Below, piece after piece: positions 33,301 to 47,214 of a stretch of 64,000 nt of DNA. Location of the stretch: assembly GCF_009914755.1 (NCBI RefSeq), contig NC_060938.1, one strand, 5' to 3'. Origin of the DNA: the human T2T-CHM13v2.0 reference genome, Homo sapiens. The position numbers and the translations under genes are program-made. The notes under the pieces were generated by a model, which saw only the letters and a list, made by a program, of their open reading frames with translations, was not told the DNA's origin and ran no database searches. How positions within the stretch are numbered: position 1 is the first letter of the stretch; every line of letters starts with the position of its first letter.

Positions 33301-33497
33301 TGGACACGGGGTGGGGAACATTACATACTGGGGCCTGTCAGGGAGTAGGGGGCTGGGGGAGGGATAGCATTAGGAGAAATACCCAATGTAGATGACAAGT
33401 TGATTGGTGCAGCAAACCAACATGGCACATGTATACCTATGTAACAAACCTGCATGTTGTGCACATTACCCTAGAACTTAAAGCATAATTTAAAAAA
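27351..33497 (+). mobile_element. L1-B: full-length L1PA6/7-like LINE-1 in intron 16, antisense to the host gene, ORFs broken
   Basis: 5'UTR with intact YY1 motif caagatggcc (27361), ORF1 at 28389, ORF2 at 29493; TSD AGAAGTTTAGATTTTG at 27335-27350 and 33498-33513. Confidence 0.95.
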
Positions 33498-35449
33498 AGA
33501 AGTTTAGATTTTGTATGTAATCAAACCCAATTATTTTCTTTTGCTTCTTCTTCCACCGTTTTCATGCTTAGAGAATCCTTCCTCCTAAGATTTGGTAAAT
33601 ATTCACCTATATTTCTTCAGAAATATATTGTTAACATTTTCTTATATAATTTAATGCATCTGTAACTTCTATTGACGTACAGTGTAAGATGAATGCGTAA
33701 TTTACTCCTATTAATTTGTAGTCTATCATTATCACATTATAAAATCTTTGGTTTCAAGATTTTCTAGCCCATACCATTGATCAATCAGTCCTTAAAACCG
33801 TTATCATGCCCTTTATTACTCTAACCTTATAGGATGTTTGAATATTTAGAAAGTAAGTTTCCCTCACCAATCTGTTTCATAATATTTAGGATTTATAATT
33901 ACATCCTCTCTTTCATTCCTAATATAAGGATTTTGTCAATTTTGTCAATTATTTTCAAATAATCAACTTTGACTTTGTTAATTTCCTCTATTGTTTGTTT
34001 TTCCATTTCACTGATTTCTCTTATTTTGTTTCTTCATTTTACTTCAGGTTTGCTTAGTTCTTCTTTCTCTAGATTCTCAAAATGAAATCTTAGGTCACTG
34101 ATTTTAGGCCTTTCTTCTTTTTATTATGTAATTATTAGCTAAATTATTTAAAGCTATTTTTTGCTCTGGCTTTTGCAACATCCCATAATTTTTGATAGGC
34201 TGGATTTTCCTAATGCAGTTTAAAATCCTTCCTAAAAGGGAATCCACTGCCTTGAAGGGAAGGACCCAGTCCTGGCAGAATTAATCACCCACTGACTAAA
34301 GAGCCCTTGGGCCCTGAATAACCAGGAGTGATACTCAGGTAGTATGCTGTGGGCCTTGGGCTCTGAGAGGTGCTGGCTTCAGTTGTGACCCAGCACATTC
34401 CCAGCTATGGTGGCTATGGTAAAAGACCCCATCTGTTTAAGAAAAGCAGAGGAAAAAGTAAAGGGCATTTTATCTTGCACACTAGGTACCAGCTCAGCCA
34501 CAGTGGAGTAGAACAAGCATGATCTTGGGGTCCCTGAGTTCAGGCCTAGGCTCTTGGACAGCATTTCTGGACCTTCCCTGGGCCAGAGGGGAGCCCACTA
34601 CCCTGAAGGGTGAGATCCCATGCCTGGCATCATTCACTGAAGAGCCACTGGGCTTCGAGTGGATATCAGCAGTGTCCTGGCAGACCCCCACCATGAGCTG
34701 ATGGTCGTGGGGGCCACAGGGAGAGGCTCCTCTGCCTGTGGAAAGGGAGGGAAGAGCAGGAAGGACTTTGTATTGTGGTTTGAGTGCCAGCTTAGCCACA
34801 GTAGAGTAGAACATTGGGCAAATTACTAAGGTTTTTGACTCCAATCCCAAAATCCTAGACAGCATCTCTAGACCTGCCTAGGGCCAGGGGAACTAGCCAC
34901 CTGAAGGGATGGACACAAATCTGGCTGGCTTCACCACCTGCTGATCACAGAGCTTTAGGGCCTTCAGTGAACACAGCGGGTAGCCAGGTAGTGGTTACAG
35001 AAGGCCTTAGCCAAGACCCAATGCTATGCTGGCTTCAGGAATGGCCCAGTGCAGTCCTAGTCGAGATGGCCACACCTCCCCCCACTCCAGGCAGCTCAGC
35101 ACAGAGAGAGAGGCTCCATTTGTTTGGGAGAAATCAAGGGAAAATAACAAGTCTCTGCCTGGTAATCTAGAGAATCCTTCCAGATCTTATCCAAGACCAC
35201 CAAGGCTGTACCTCTCTGAGTCTGCAAACAGCACAGCGTTATTGGGCTTGGAGCCCAAGTCCCTTTGAATACTTGGAAAGCCTCCTCAAGAAAGACAGGC
35301 ACTACAAGCCCAGACTGTGAAGACTACAGTAAATACCTAATTCTTCAATGCCTAGACACCAACAACAACTACAAGCATCAAGATCATCCAGGAAAACATG
35401 AACTCACCAAATGAACTAGAAAAATCACCAGGGACCAGTCCTGGTGATT

Positions 35450-36180
35450 TCTAACACCAGTCAGAAAGGCAATCATTAAAAAATCAGGAAACAACAGGTG
35501 CTGGAGAGGATGTGGAGAAATAGGAACACTTTTACATTGTTGGTGGGACTGTAAACTAGTTCAACCATTGTGGAAGTCAGTGTGGTGATTCCTCAAGGAT
35601 CTAGAACTAGAAATACCATTTGACCCAGCAATCCCATTACTGGGTATATACCCAAAGGATTATAAATCATGCTACTATAAAGACACATGCACACGTATGT
35701 TTATTGCGGCACTATTCACAATAGCAAAGACTTGGAACCAACCCAAATTCCATCAATTATAGACTGAATTAAGAAAATGTGGCACATATACATCATGGAA
35801 TACTATGCAGCCATAAAAAGGATGAGTTCATGTCCTTTATAGGGACATGGATGAAGCTGGAAACCATCATTCTGAGCAAACTATCACAAGGACAGAAAAC
35901 TAAACACCGCATGTTCTCACTCATAGGTGGGAATTGAACAATGAGAACTCTTGGACACAGGATGGTGAACATCACACACCAGGGCCCGTCATGGGGTAGG
36001 GGGTGGGGGGAGGGATAGCATTAGGAGATATACCTAATGTAAATGACGAGTTAATGGGTGCAGCACACCAACATGGCAAATGTATACATACGTAACAAAC
36101 CTGCACATTGTGCACATGTACCCTAGAACTTAAAGTATAATAAAAATAGAGAAATTTTAAAAATTAAAAATAAAATAAAA
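35450..36180 (+). mobile_element. L1-D: 5'-truncated L1PA5-like 3' end
   Basis: ORF2 C-terminus, G-rich 3'UTR and A-rich tail; no TSD visible. Confidence 0.88.
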
Positions 36181-36205
36181 TAATGGGTTAAAAGATAGAA
36201 TCTCA

Positions 36206-36486
<281 letters not shown>

Positions 36487-38584
36487 AAGATAGAATTTCA
36501 AGCCTCATGGTAACCACAATCGAAAAAGAGACAATGGATACACCAAAAATAAAAAGCAAGAAATTAAATCTCACCATCAGAGAAAATCATCTTCACTTAA
36601 AGGAAGACAGGAAGAAAGGAAAAAAGGAATGAGATCCTGTCATTTGCAACAACATGGATGGAACTAGAGGTCATTATGTTAAATGAAATAAGTCAGGCAC
36701 AGAAAGACAAACAACATATTCTCACTTATTTGTGGGACCTAAAAATAAGAACAATTGAACTCATGGAGATAGAGAGTAGAAAGATGATTACCAGAGGCTG
36801 GGAAAGGTTGGGGGCGGGGGACTGGGGACAGGTGGGAATGGTTAATGGGTACAAAAACATAGCAAGAATTAATAAGATCTAGTATTTGATTGCACAATAG
36901 GGTGACTATAGTCAAAATAATTTAATTGTACACTTTAAAATAACTAAAAGTATAACTGGATTATTTGTAGGACAAAGAATAAATGTTTGAGGGGATGGAT
37001 ACTCTCCCTTTCTATGATATGATTATTTCACATTGCATGCCTGTATCAAAATATCTTAGGGAGCCCCATAAATATATACATCTACTATGCACCCATAAAA
37101 ATTAAAAATAAATAAAATTTTTTTCTGATTTATCTCATGATTTCTTCTTTGATCTATGGCCTACATATTTAGGATTTTCTTAGATATCACATTGAGTTCT
37201 AATTTAATTCTGCTGTGGTCAGAGAACATACTCTGATTTCAATCCTTTTAAATTCATTAAGACTCATTTTATGGCCCAGAATATGGTGTATCTTGCTGAA
37301 GGTACCATCAGAACCTGAAAAGAATATATATGCTGCAGTTGCTGGATGTGATGTACTATAAAGGTCAATTAGATCAAGGTGATTGATGATGTTATTCAGA
37401 TCTTATTAAAGATCTTTACTGATTGTGTTATCTAATTCTACCAGCTGCTAAAAGAGAAGTATTAAAACCTCCAATATGTTTGAATTTTTGTCTATTTCTC
37501 TCTTTAATTCTGTTACATTTTGTTTCATGTATTTTGAAGCTGTTATTAGGCTTTACACATTTGTGACTGTTATATCTTCCTTATGAATTGACTTTTTTAT
37601 CTTTATGAAACGTCCCTCTCATTTCTAGTAATATTCTTTAAGACTACCAGAAATGATATTAATATAGCTACTGTGACCTTCTAATGCTTAGTTTTCATGA
37701 TACATCATTTTCCATCCATTTACTGTCAACCCGTCTTTGCCTTTATATTTAAAGTGTGTTTCTTATAGATAGCTTATATTTGGGTCTTGCTTTTTTTTTT
37801 TCCATTCTTACAATCTTTGTCTTTTAATGAGTGTTAGCCCATTCACAAAATATAATTATTAAAAAGCACATTATTTGGTGTAAAGTTTATTTGTTTTATG
37901 ATTTTTTTACTGTGTGTATTTTTTTATTGTTTCTTTTCTACCTTGTGGGGTTGAATTTTTTAGAATTTCGTTTTAATTTATCATCAATCTTATTTTTCAA
38001 TATTTTCCTGATAGTTCTTGACCACTTTCCCCCAGGACAGTTATTAATTATTTTGCCAATCTCCTTCCCCAATCCCACCACCATAAAAACAAAACAAAAA
38101 ATTAAATACAAACTTGCCAGGATTATAATTAGATTTGAATTGGACTATATTTATAAATTATATTGGGAAGAAATTTATCTTTACAATATTTTTTCCTATG
38201 CAAGTATTGCATGTGTTTATGTATTCATTAACTTTTTTCAGTAGTTTTGTAGTTTTCCTTATTCAAAGTGTACATGTTTCCTATTACATTTATATACATG
38301 CATTTTGCATTCATGTTATTATTGTAAATGAGAATTAAGTAACTATAGTCTACTTTCATGCCTAGCATACTCCTAGGAATTACTTGTTTTTAAAATAAGC
38401 ATTTAAATAAAAAATGAGACAAAAGTTGAAGATGTAAAATACTATAACATGTATAGTACTATATCATCCATCAATAAATTTGTAATTTCAACAATTTAAT
38501 GTCAGATATATGCAAATAAAATATTCTAATCCACATAAAATTGGCTAAATGTAATTAACTTAAATGAGCAATAACAATATTACT

Positions 38585-40180
38585 CATATCACATTAAAAC
38601 TTATGTAGGATTATTAAGTGGTTGGTACTTTTCTAAGTGCTTTATGTGTATAAACTCTAATACTCACAAACCCTATGATAATAGTTATTATTTCATTTTA
38701 CAGATAAGGAAACCAAGCCACTTACCCAAAATCCCACATCTGGTACACACCTAAGTAGTCTGGCTTCAGAGTCTAGTTTTAACCACTACACTGTAATGTT
38801 TCTACTTTTTGAATAAAGCATGTCTCAATTTTCAGCTTTAATTTCTAAATATAGAAATAAGCACTTTATCATGATTCATATCACTGAACAGTAGAAACCA
38901 ATATTAGGTCTTTTAAAATTAACCAGTGATAATGCTACTATGTATACACATGTAGTTGAAAAGACCCATTTATAATATGGAACATTTTTTATGTTGAGAA
39001 TTCTAGTTTGTCTGAAAGTTAGACACATTAACTATAAAGTCAAATTCATTTTTTAAACTGCCTTTAGCTGATTTAAATTATCCCTATCCTGAGATCCGTT
39101 TTTAATGAACAGATGTCAATATGAGGCATTCAAAGTTGAAAACAAAAAGGTAATAGGGAACTTTGTCATACCATCAATACTCAGAATTTTTTTAAATGCT
39201 TCTGTTGATAATCTGCCCCAAGACAGTTTTGTATTAAAGAACTAAAATTACTCAAAGTTCCACAGCAGAATTTTTAGAAATAAAACTTTTGGCTTCTCAT
39301 ATTACCTGATCTGATGAGATTTCTGTATCAAATACAGAAGAATCAAATAAATTCAATCCAGGTGATCTAGAAGTATAACTCATAAGAAAAGAAAGTCCAG
39401 GGGATTCCTTTTCTGTTTGAACTTCAGGTACTGCATTTCTATTTCTGTTACTGAGAAATAAGAAATTATCAAAATGTTAAAAATCTATTATTAAACACTG
39501 AATACTGGTAAGCATCATAAGCAACAGCATAGAGGTGAGAATTAGCATAGTAGGGAAATGTAGGAAGTAGTTATTGAAGTGACAATCCTATCGAGAAAGG
39601 ATTGTATGAGGTGGAGACTAATGTTAAATAAAGTTAAATAAGGCATAACTTACTTATTCTTCACAAGAACCCTATGAAATAGGTACTATTACTATCATTT
39701 CCATTTTACAGTAGGGAATTTTGAAGCATAGAAAGGTTAAATGATTTGCTTAAAAGAATAATAAGTGCCAAAGGTGGCAGGTGAATGCAGCAATCACGAT
39801 TCAAAGTCCAAGCTCTTAACCTTGACACTATACTGTCTTCAAGATTTTGAATGCCAGTTACAAGATTTTAGTGTTGATGAGAAGCCAGCCATTACAGTGA
39901 TGTATAAGGAAGTTAAATTATAATATGATTTGGGAAAAATAATTAGACAAGACAGTTTATACCAGTGGTTAAAAGCATGGATTCTAGAGCCAGAACGGCC
40001 TGGGCTTAAATTTCTATTCTAATGTTGATTAGTTGTATCACCTGTGATTCTGTTTCCTCTTCTGTAAAATAAGGATAATAATGTACCTACACCTAATAAG
40101 GCTGTTGTGAATATTAAATGAGCAGTATTTATAAAATGTCTAGAGCAGTGCCTTGCACAGTTTGTTGTTTGTTAAATTTA
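38585..40180. mobile_element. Several MIR fragments (about 38585-38795, 39620-39840, 39950-40180) flanking exon 16
   Basis: MIR core motifs attttacagataaggaaac and tttcctcttctgtaaaataaggataata. Confidence 0.55.
39306..39450 (-). CDS. C14orf39: SIX6OS1 exon 16, NRNRNAVPEVQTEKESPGLSFLMSYTSRSPGLNLFDSSVFDTEISSDQ
   Basis: 145 nt, cag|T...CAG|gtaat. Confidence 0.94.
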
Positions 40181-40731
40181 ATAGAAATCTGATGATACTG
40201 CCATAACTATCTCTATTACCATAAATGAGTCACTTAACTTTACAGATGATAGTTTTCTCATCCATGGGGAGAGGTCTTAGCGTATGAGCTCACATTATTT
40301 TACAGTTCTCAGGTTTGATGATGAGTTCCATTTCGAATGTGCTGTGCTTGAGTCAACAGCATGACATTCAAATCCATAACTCTTATTAGCAATTTAAAAT
40401 ACGGAAGTAGAGTACAGGTCTGATGCAAAACAACCCTGATGCAGTGAATTCTGCTTGACATATGTTTTAGAGAAACCTCAGGGTTGTTAAGGAAGATAAT
40501 GGACTAAACATAAAGGTTAAGTGCAGCACTATTTTCTTGGCTGCAAACTACAAATACGTGGTTTCCAAAATTTAATAATCATGTTAGAGATATTTATGCC
40601 TAAAGAGCTTGCTTAATAAAAATGGCAAGTCTTGCTTCAGACACTACAACATATGAAGAAATGACTGATGGAATATTAATTGATGATAAGTCTACAATCT
40701 ACCATATGTGACAACAGCTTTTTAGCTTGAC

Positions 40732-40860
40732 TTTTTTTTTTTTTTTTAATAGAGTCTCACTATGTTGCTCAGGCTGGATTCAAATTCCTGGGCTCAAGGG
40801 ATCCTCCTCCCTTAGCCTCCCAAATAGCTGGGACTACAGGCACATGCCACTATGCTAGGC
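40732..40860 (-). mobile_element. FLAM/Alu monomer
   Basis: Single Alu arm with poly(T); TSD TTAGCTTGAC. Confidence 0.82.
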
Positions 40861-41222
40861 TTAGCTTGACATTTTAAATTTTCTTTATCCTTTGGAAAAA
40901 TCTCAAATCTACACACTATTGCTTTATAAGTACGTGGGATTTATGCCATCTTCAGCTAAATGTTGCAGGAAAAATGGGGAAGAGGGTCTATGAAACAGGA
41001 ACAGCAGAGTATTAATAATTGTTAAAACAGGTATTAATAATTGTTAAAACAGGGTGATGGGTAAATGGAGGTGTGTTATATTAGTCTTTCTCTTCTTTGC
41101 ATGTCTGAAATACTACATAATAAAAACTTGTTAAAGGTACTAAGCATTTTACTATTCCTATCAGTTATTTATGTAATTCAACATACAAATAATTTAACAA
41201 TAGTTATTAATTAAAATCCTAC

Positions 41223-41401
41223 ATTTCGAACGGGGGGGTTTTAGGGAATTTTATTTTCTCCAATGACTCAGGTGCTTTCACAGCTTTGGGAGTTCCTAAA
41301 AATATAGGAATTTCAGACGTTCGTGGAAAATTCTCAGCTCTCTCTTCTACTTCATCACTATCATTTTCTATTGACTTCCCAAAATGTTCAGTATATATAG
41401 C
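41223..41401 (-). CDS. C14orf39: SIX6OS1 exon 15, AIYTEHFGKSIENDSDE...KFPKTPPFE
   Basis: 179 nt, cag|GCT...AT|gtagg; matches ORF 41219..41413; begins at c.1180 by cumulative count. Confidence 0.95.
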
Positions 41402-42289
41402 CTGCAAATTCAAAGTAACAGAAAACTATAAAACAAATGCTGCTGCATTAATGACATACATAAAAATGCATGAGGTGGAAAATACCTTATTAATCCATGA
41501 TGTTAACATTGCACAGACAAAATAACTGAAATAAGAATAACTGGTGAAAGTAATACTAAAACATATATCAAAATATAGAAAAATAAATATTTATCCGATT
41601 TTTTCTTTTCTTTCCAGTTCCATCTTCCACTTCTACCTGAAAAAGTAAATGACAGCCAGAACATATTGGAATTGATGAAAAAAAAGACTAGGAATGATTT
41701 TTCTTTTAAAATTTCCACAATATGCTCTTTGGGTGAACAATTACATAGGCTATCTCCTTGAAAGTGAAAAATGATGTACTTTTAAGCAATCTTGCTCTCA
41801 TTGATTAATTACATTTTCACACTTTTTTTGACCCTATAAATCTGTTATGCTACTTTCTCTACAATAATTGAGAATCTGAATACTAATTTTCCTTTATGTC
41901 ATTTTGTAGAATAGTGATATGATTTCTCAAATATGCTTGTTATGCCAAATCCCATTACAGAAATAATTTGGGTCTCTTCATCAAAAAAATTAAAATGTGC
42001 TTATTACGTGTGTTTTTTACAGCAAAATACTACTTGCTGTTTCTCTTATTTTAACCTTTAATAGTTAGACTGAACTTGATATACATTGTTTACATCTATC
42101 ATCAGTAAAGTGTTCCACTATTTAAATAATGCTTTCAAGATACTTTTATGGCAACCACTGCTCTTGAATTGTCGTGGCGAATCATTCAATCTTACCAAAC
42201 AAAATTATTTTCATCAATCATTATTTAGTTATAGTCAATATATATTGTCACTTACTGATGATAACTTTTTGTATATGTTTTTTTAATTT

Positions 42290-42790
42290 TTAAAAAAATT
42301 TATTGATGCATAACTGTACATAGTTTTGGGATACATGTGATAATTTAACACATTCATGTAATTTGTAAATATCAAATCAGTGTACTTGGGATATCCATCA
42401 CCTTAAATATTTGTCTTTTCTTCATGCTAGAAACTTTGAATTATTCTCTTCTAGCTATTTTGACAGGTACAATAGATGGCTGTAAGCCGTAGTCACCATA
42501 CTGATCTAACACAAGGCCTTATTTCTTCTCTCAAACTATATAGTTGTATCCATTAATCAGCTTCTCTACGTTCCTTCTTCCCCACTACCCTTCCTGGACT
42601 CTGGTAACCACCAATCTATCCTGTATCATCTTGAAACCCGCTTTTTTAGCTCCCACATATGAGTGAGAAGATGTGATATTTGTCTTTCTGTACTTGGTTT
42701 ATTTTGCTTAACATAATGACCACCAGTTCCAACGATGTTGCTGCAAATAACTAAATTTCACTCTTTTTTATGGCCGAATAATATATTTTT
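42290..42790 (-). mobile_element. L1MA 3' end fragment
   Basis: gctcccacatatgagtgagaagatgtgatatttgtctttctg motif. Confidence 0.7.
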
Positions 42791-42983
42791 GTATATTTTC
42801 ATATAAAATTTTTGTGGCTTCATCTTTTAATCTGAAAAATAGAATCTGTAACTCTCTAGAAACCTGATCACCAAGCTAACAACATCTCACATAAATCACT
42901 GTACTAAATCTGAAATTTAAATAGACATAATATTTTAAATTGGAATTTTTGCTTAGAAATTAGAGATCAAACATTTGACTTAC

Positions 42984-43045
42984 TTGTGAAGTACATTTTG
43001 ATTCTCTTACTTGTCTTACTGTCCCTTTATCTCCATACTCAGCAT
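42984..43045 (-). CDS. C14orf39: SIX6OS1 exon 14, DAEYGDKGTVRQVRESKCTSQ
   Basis: 62 nt, cag|AT...CAA|gtaagt. Confidence 0.93.
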
Positions 43046-45659
43046 CTGTTGTCATATGAGAACAAACTATTTTTCTTTTTGTAATTTTATTGTAAAATAA
43101 AACATAGTCTCGCCATTTGAAATTGCTAATATTTAGCTGTTTTAACCTACAAAAATGGCAACTTCATATGGTTCAACATAATACATACAGATAAGAGAAT
43201 AAAACATAATATGAACAGTTTAACAAACAAAATTATAAAGAGAATACCCATGTTTCTTTACCCAGGGAAAGAAATACAACATCATGAGCACTCTAAAAGG
43301 TTTCATATTCACCATGTCTTGCTCCTCAGAGGTAATCACTATTCTGACTTTTGTGACAATCATTTCCTTAGTTTGCTTTATATTGTTTTATCATCTAAAT
43401 AATATAGCCTATTTTTCCTGTTTTAAATGTTATATAATAAAATAACATATGTATGCTCTTATGTTTTGGTTTTTGTTTTGCATATGCTTGTGAGATGCAT
43501 CCATATTATTGCACAAAGACACAGTTCTCTTATTTTTACTGATGTAAAGTATTCCATTGCACAAACACAATACATCTATCCATTCTACTGTAAATGGATA
43601 TTTGAAGTGTTTCTGCTTTCATGTACAACCAAAGATATTATGAACATTCTTTTACATATATCCTTGCATGTATGTACTTCTATTTCTCTAGGTATATACC
43701 TAGGATTGGAACTATGAGGTATGGGGTATGTATATCTCTCATTTTACTAGATGCCAAATTTTTCCCAACGGTTGTACCAATTTTTCGTGGTAATTTGTCA
43801 TTCTGAATTACTCCAGGAAATCATTCATTATCACCAGACAAAATGATTAGCTCCAATTATAATTTAGGTATGGTCTCAATATGTAATTTATTAATGGAGT
43901 TCCCACCAATAGTTTATGGAGAATTCCTATTGTCCTACATTCTCCTACTTAGTATTGTCAGACTTTTTTAATTTTGCTAATCTGGTGGATGTGTAATGAT
44001 ACCTCACTGTAGTTTTATTTTGAGTTACCTGATTTTCATATGTTTATCTGCCACAAAAGATTCTCTTTTCTAAAGTGTATGCTTTTATACTTTGCACATA
44101 TTTTTAATTGGGTTGTCTGCTTTTTTGTTCTTCATTTGTAGAAGTTCTTTACACATTTTGGAAACTACTCTATTGAAAGTTTTACGTACTTCAAATATAT
44201 TATTTGCCCTTGTACTCTTTTTATGGTATCTTTTGATAAACAGAAATTCTTAATTTTAATATTGCCAAATTTCTCCATCTTTCTTTCATGATTGGACTTT
44301 TTAATGCTTGAGAAATCCTTTCCTATCTTGAAGTCATGAAGATGTTTTTCTCTTTGATCTTCTGAGAGCTTTATAGTTTTTGTCTCTTACATTTAAGTCA
44401 TAGGTATTATTTTTACCACATATTAATTCTTCAAAAGCTGGGTTTGAAAATTATTGAAAAAAATTTTAAGTTCCAAAATAATTGTATTCATTCTTGGGTA
44501 TGAAGCCTCACTATACATGCTCAACAGCAGGTAGGGCTATGTGAGATATATTCATTTCCCCATGTTCCTAGAGATTAGCTATTCCTCCTTGTCTAACACT
44601 CTGTCAGTTTGGCATATATAGATTATAAACAAGTAAAACAGATCACCTGCACATGTAATATATAATTTTTTTCTCCCAGAAGGAATATCTGTGTGGAATA
44701 AGCATATTGTGTTGGATGAATCCTATACTGAGTGAGAGAAAAAGACTCATAGTATATTAACATTCTAAATATATATCTATTTCATGCTGTCAGAATAAGG
44801 CATTTTTAAAACTTCAAAACAAAAGTCAGTTATCAGACAAAAAGAGATGTAGACTTTTATATACTTTAATAGAGCAATTGTTATGCATTATTAGTTTACC
44901 AAAAATATATATCCATCTGTGTGGTATACATTATATATACATTCACTCACATGTGATTATGTTAATATACATATACATACATGTATACACATGTGTGTGT
45001 ATATACATAGAGAGAATGAGTTCATATTTTCAAGGGTGTGCCAAAGTTAGAAAAGCTAGATGACTTGGGGATGATAAATTCATATATATATCCTGTGATC
45101 CTTCGGTAACTTTATTCAAAGAAAATAGTCCAAGGTATTAAAAGATTAATGTAAAAGAATATAGAGGCATTATTTATAATAGTAAAAGAACTGAAAAAAA
45201 ACCAAAATATTCCACATGAAAGAATGACTAAGTAAATTACGGCATATCCACACAATGGAACATTATACAGTCATTACAAATAAAACCTATTTACTGACAT
45301 AGAGAAATAACCTCAACAGTATATCAAGTGGGAAAAAAGAATAAAAAATTATGTATATGATTCAAACTTGGAGGGAAAAAGAATAAAAATGCATAGAAAA
45401 AAACGGTATGCACCAGTATTTATGATGTTCAGTTATGTCTGAGTAGTGATATTTTTGTTTTCTTTATATCTTTGTTTTCCAAATATTCTACAATAAAATG
45501 TATTTGTTCTATATTTAGGGAAGATGTATTTTAAAGCCAGGCGTGCATGGTCAGTTAACCAGAGATGCAAATAATCGAAACAATTTATTTGACTAATGTA
45601 AAAACCTGATATAATTTGTTACCCCGACTTCTTAGAAGAAAAATATAAACGGCAAATAC

Positions 45660-45718
45660 CTTTATCCCCTTTTTCCGACCACTGATTGGAATTTGATTGT
45701 TTCTGTGGGGTTAACAAT
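45660..45718 (-). CDS. C14orf39: SIX6OS1 exon 13, LLTPQKQSNSNQWSEKGDK
   Basis: 59 nt after a 95-nt intron; tag|A...G|gtatt. Confidence 0.92.
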
Positions 45719-45813
45719 CTAAAATGGAATAAATATAATTTTTGTATTTTTTCTGAGTTGATATCTATAAATTATTTCAGAGATTAAAACATTTTCTTAT
45801 TTTAAAAAGTTAC

Positions 45814-45899
45814 CTGACTTGCATAAACTTTTGTGAACTTGTGATAGTCGTAATATGTGAACATTTTGAATGGTTATCCACAGCAGAGTCATTAAATAT
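45814..45899 (-). CDS. C14orf39: SIX6OS1 exon 12, IFNDSAVDNHSKCSHITTITSSQKFMQV
   Basis: 86 nt, cag|ATA...AG|gtaact. Confidence 0.93.
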
Positions 45900-46397
45900 C
45901 TGAAAGAAAGAAATTAAGCATCTGACTTGGCTACACAAAGCAATAAAAATTTTTTGCTTGTCGTTAGCAACTCAGAACTCTCATTTCATTAGTATTTCAT
46001 CCTTTCCATCATTACCATCATTATCAACATCAACAACTACACACATTAACTGAAACCACTACATACAAAACATTAAGTTGAATATTGAGAAACAAAAAAG
46101 TTTAAGAAATTAATGTTTTTGACAAGTATAGTAATGATTTGTAGTAGTATTTCTGTATTTAAGATAAACCTTTTAAAATTTATACCACCCATATTCATGA
46201 CTCATCAACTAAATGTTACCATTTTCTCAACTGATTATCTGATTTCTGTGTCCCTCCATTCTCTATAACCTCTCAAATTTAACACAGGAAAGCAAAACAA
46301 CAGATTAAAAGATTAAAAAGCTGAAACTTTCCTTTTTATATACACATAAAAGAGCTATTATTCCATTTTAACTTTAAATTGTTTAATATTAACATCT

Positions 46398-46702
46398 AGC
46401 TGGGAGTGGTGACTTATGCCTGTAATCCCAATACTTTGAGGGACTGAGGCCGGAGGATCACTTGAGCACCAGGAGTTCAAGACCAGCCTGTACAACATAG
46501 TGAGACCCCATCTCTACAAAAAATTAAAAAATTAGCTGAGTTTGGTAGCCTGATGTCCTAGCTACTGAGGGGAGAGGGGAAGGGAGGGTGGGGTTGAGGT
46601 GGGATGATCCATTGAGCCCAGGATTTCAAGGCTACAGTGAGCCATGATCGCGCCACTACACTCCAACCTGGAGGTGACACGGCAAGACTTTGTCTCAAAA
46701 AC
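46398..46702 (+). mobile_element. AluJ with a G-rich internal expansion
   Basis: Diverged dimer; TSD aaattgtttaatat; GGGGAGAGGGGAAGGGAGGGTGGGG at about 46569-46593. Confidence 0.82.
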
Positions 46703-46977
46703 AAATTGTTTAATATCAATATCTAAACCATTGTTTTATTAACGTTTCTTTCAAGCCTTTTGTTCTCCTTGAATCACTCATTTTAAAAAGTCCCTGCTTT
46801 TTGTTATTTGACTCAAAATCAAAATATAGTTTTAACAGAAAAGTTTATCTCATTTATTTTTGTTATAACAGACATTGATCTTAATTCTGTCATCTTACTG
46901 TGCTCTTCAACTATAAGAAAAAGTGTCAACCTCCTTTAAAGAACAAGTGATGCTACTGTTTTGATGTATGCTTTAAA

Positions 46978-47214
46978 CCAAGCTTGTTCAACCCACGGCC
47001 TGCAGGCTGCATGCAGTCCAAAACGGCTCTGACTGCGGCCCAACACAAATTTGTAAACTTTCTTAAAACATGAGATTTTTTTCAAGGTCTTATTTTATTT
47101 ATTTATTTATTAGCTCATCAGCTATCGTTAGTGTTAGTGTATTTTATGTGTGGCCCAATACAATTCTTCTTTTTCCAGTGTGGCCCAGGTAAGCCAAAAG
47201 ATTGGACACACCTG
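46978..47214. mobile_element. MER30 (hAT DNA transposon)
   Basis: ttgttcaacccacggcc ... gccaaaagattggacacacctg termini. Confidence 0.75.

Noticed and set aside
35993-36013. G-quadruplex-forming tract
   Set aside because: The ordinary G-rich L1 3'UTR motif.
41368-41372. Possible Ile/Val difference in GKSIEND relative to the reference protein
   Set aside because: My recall of the reference residue is not reliable enough to call a variant.
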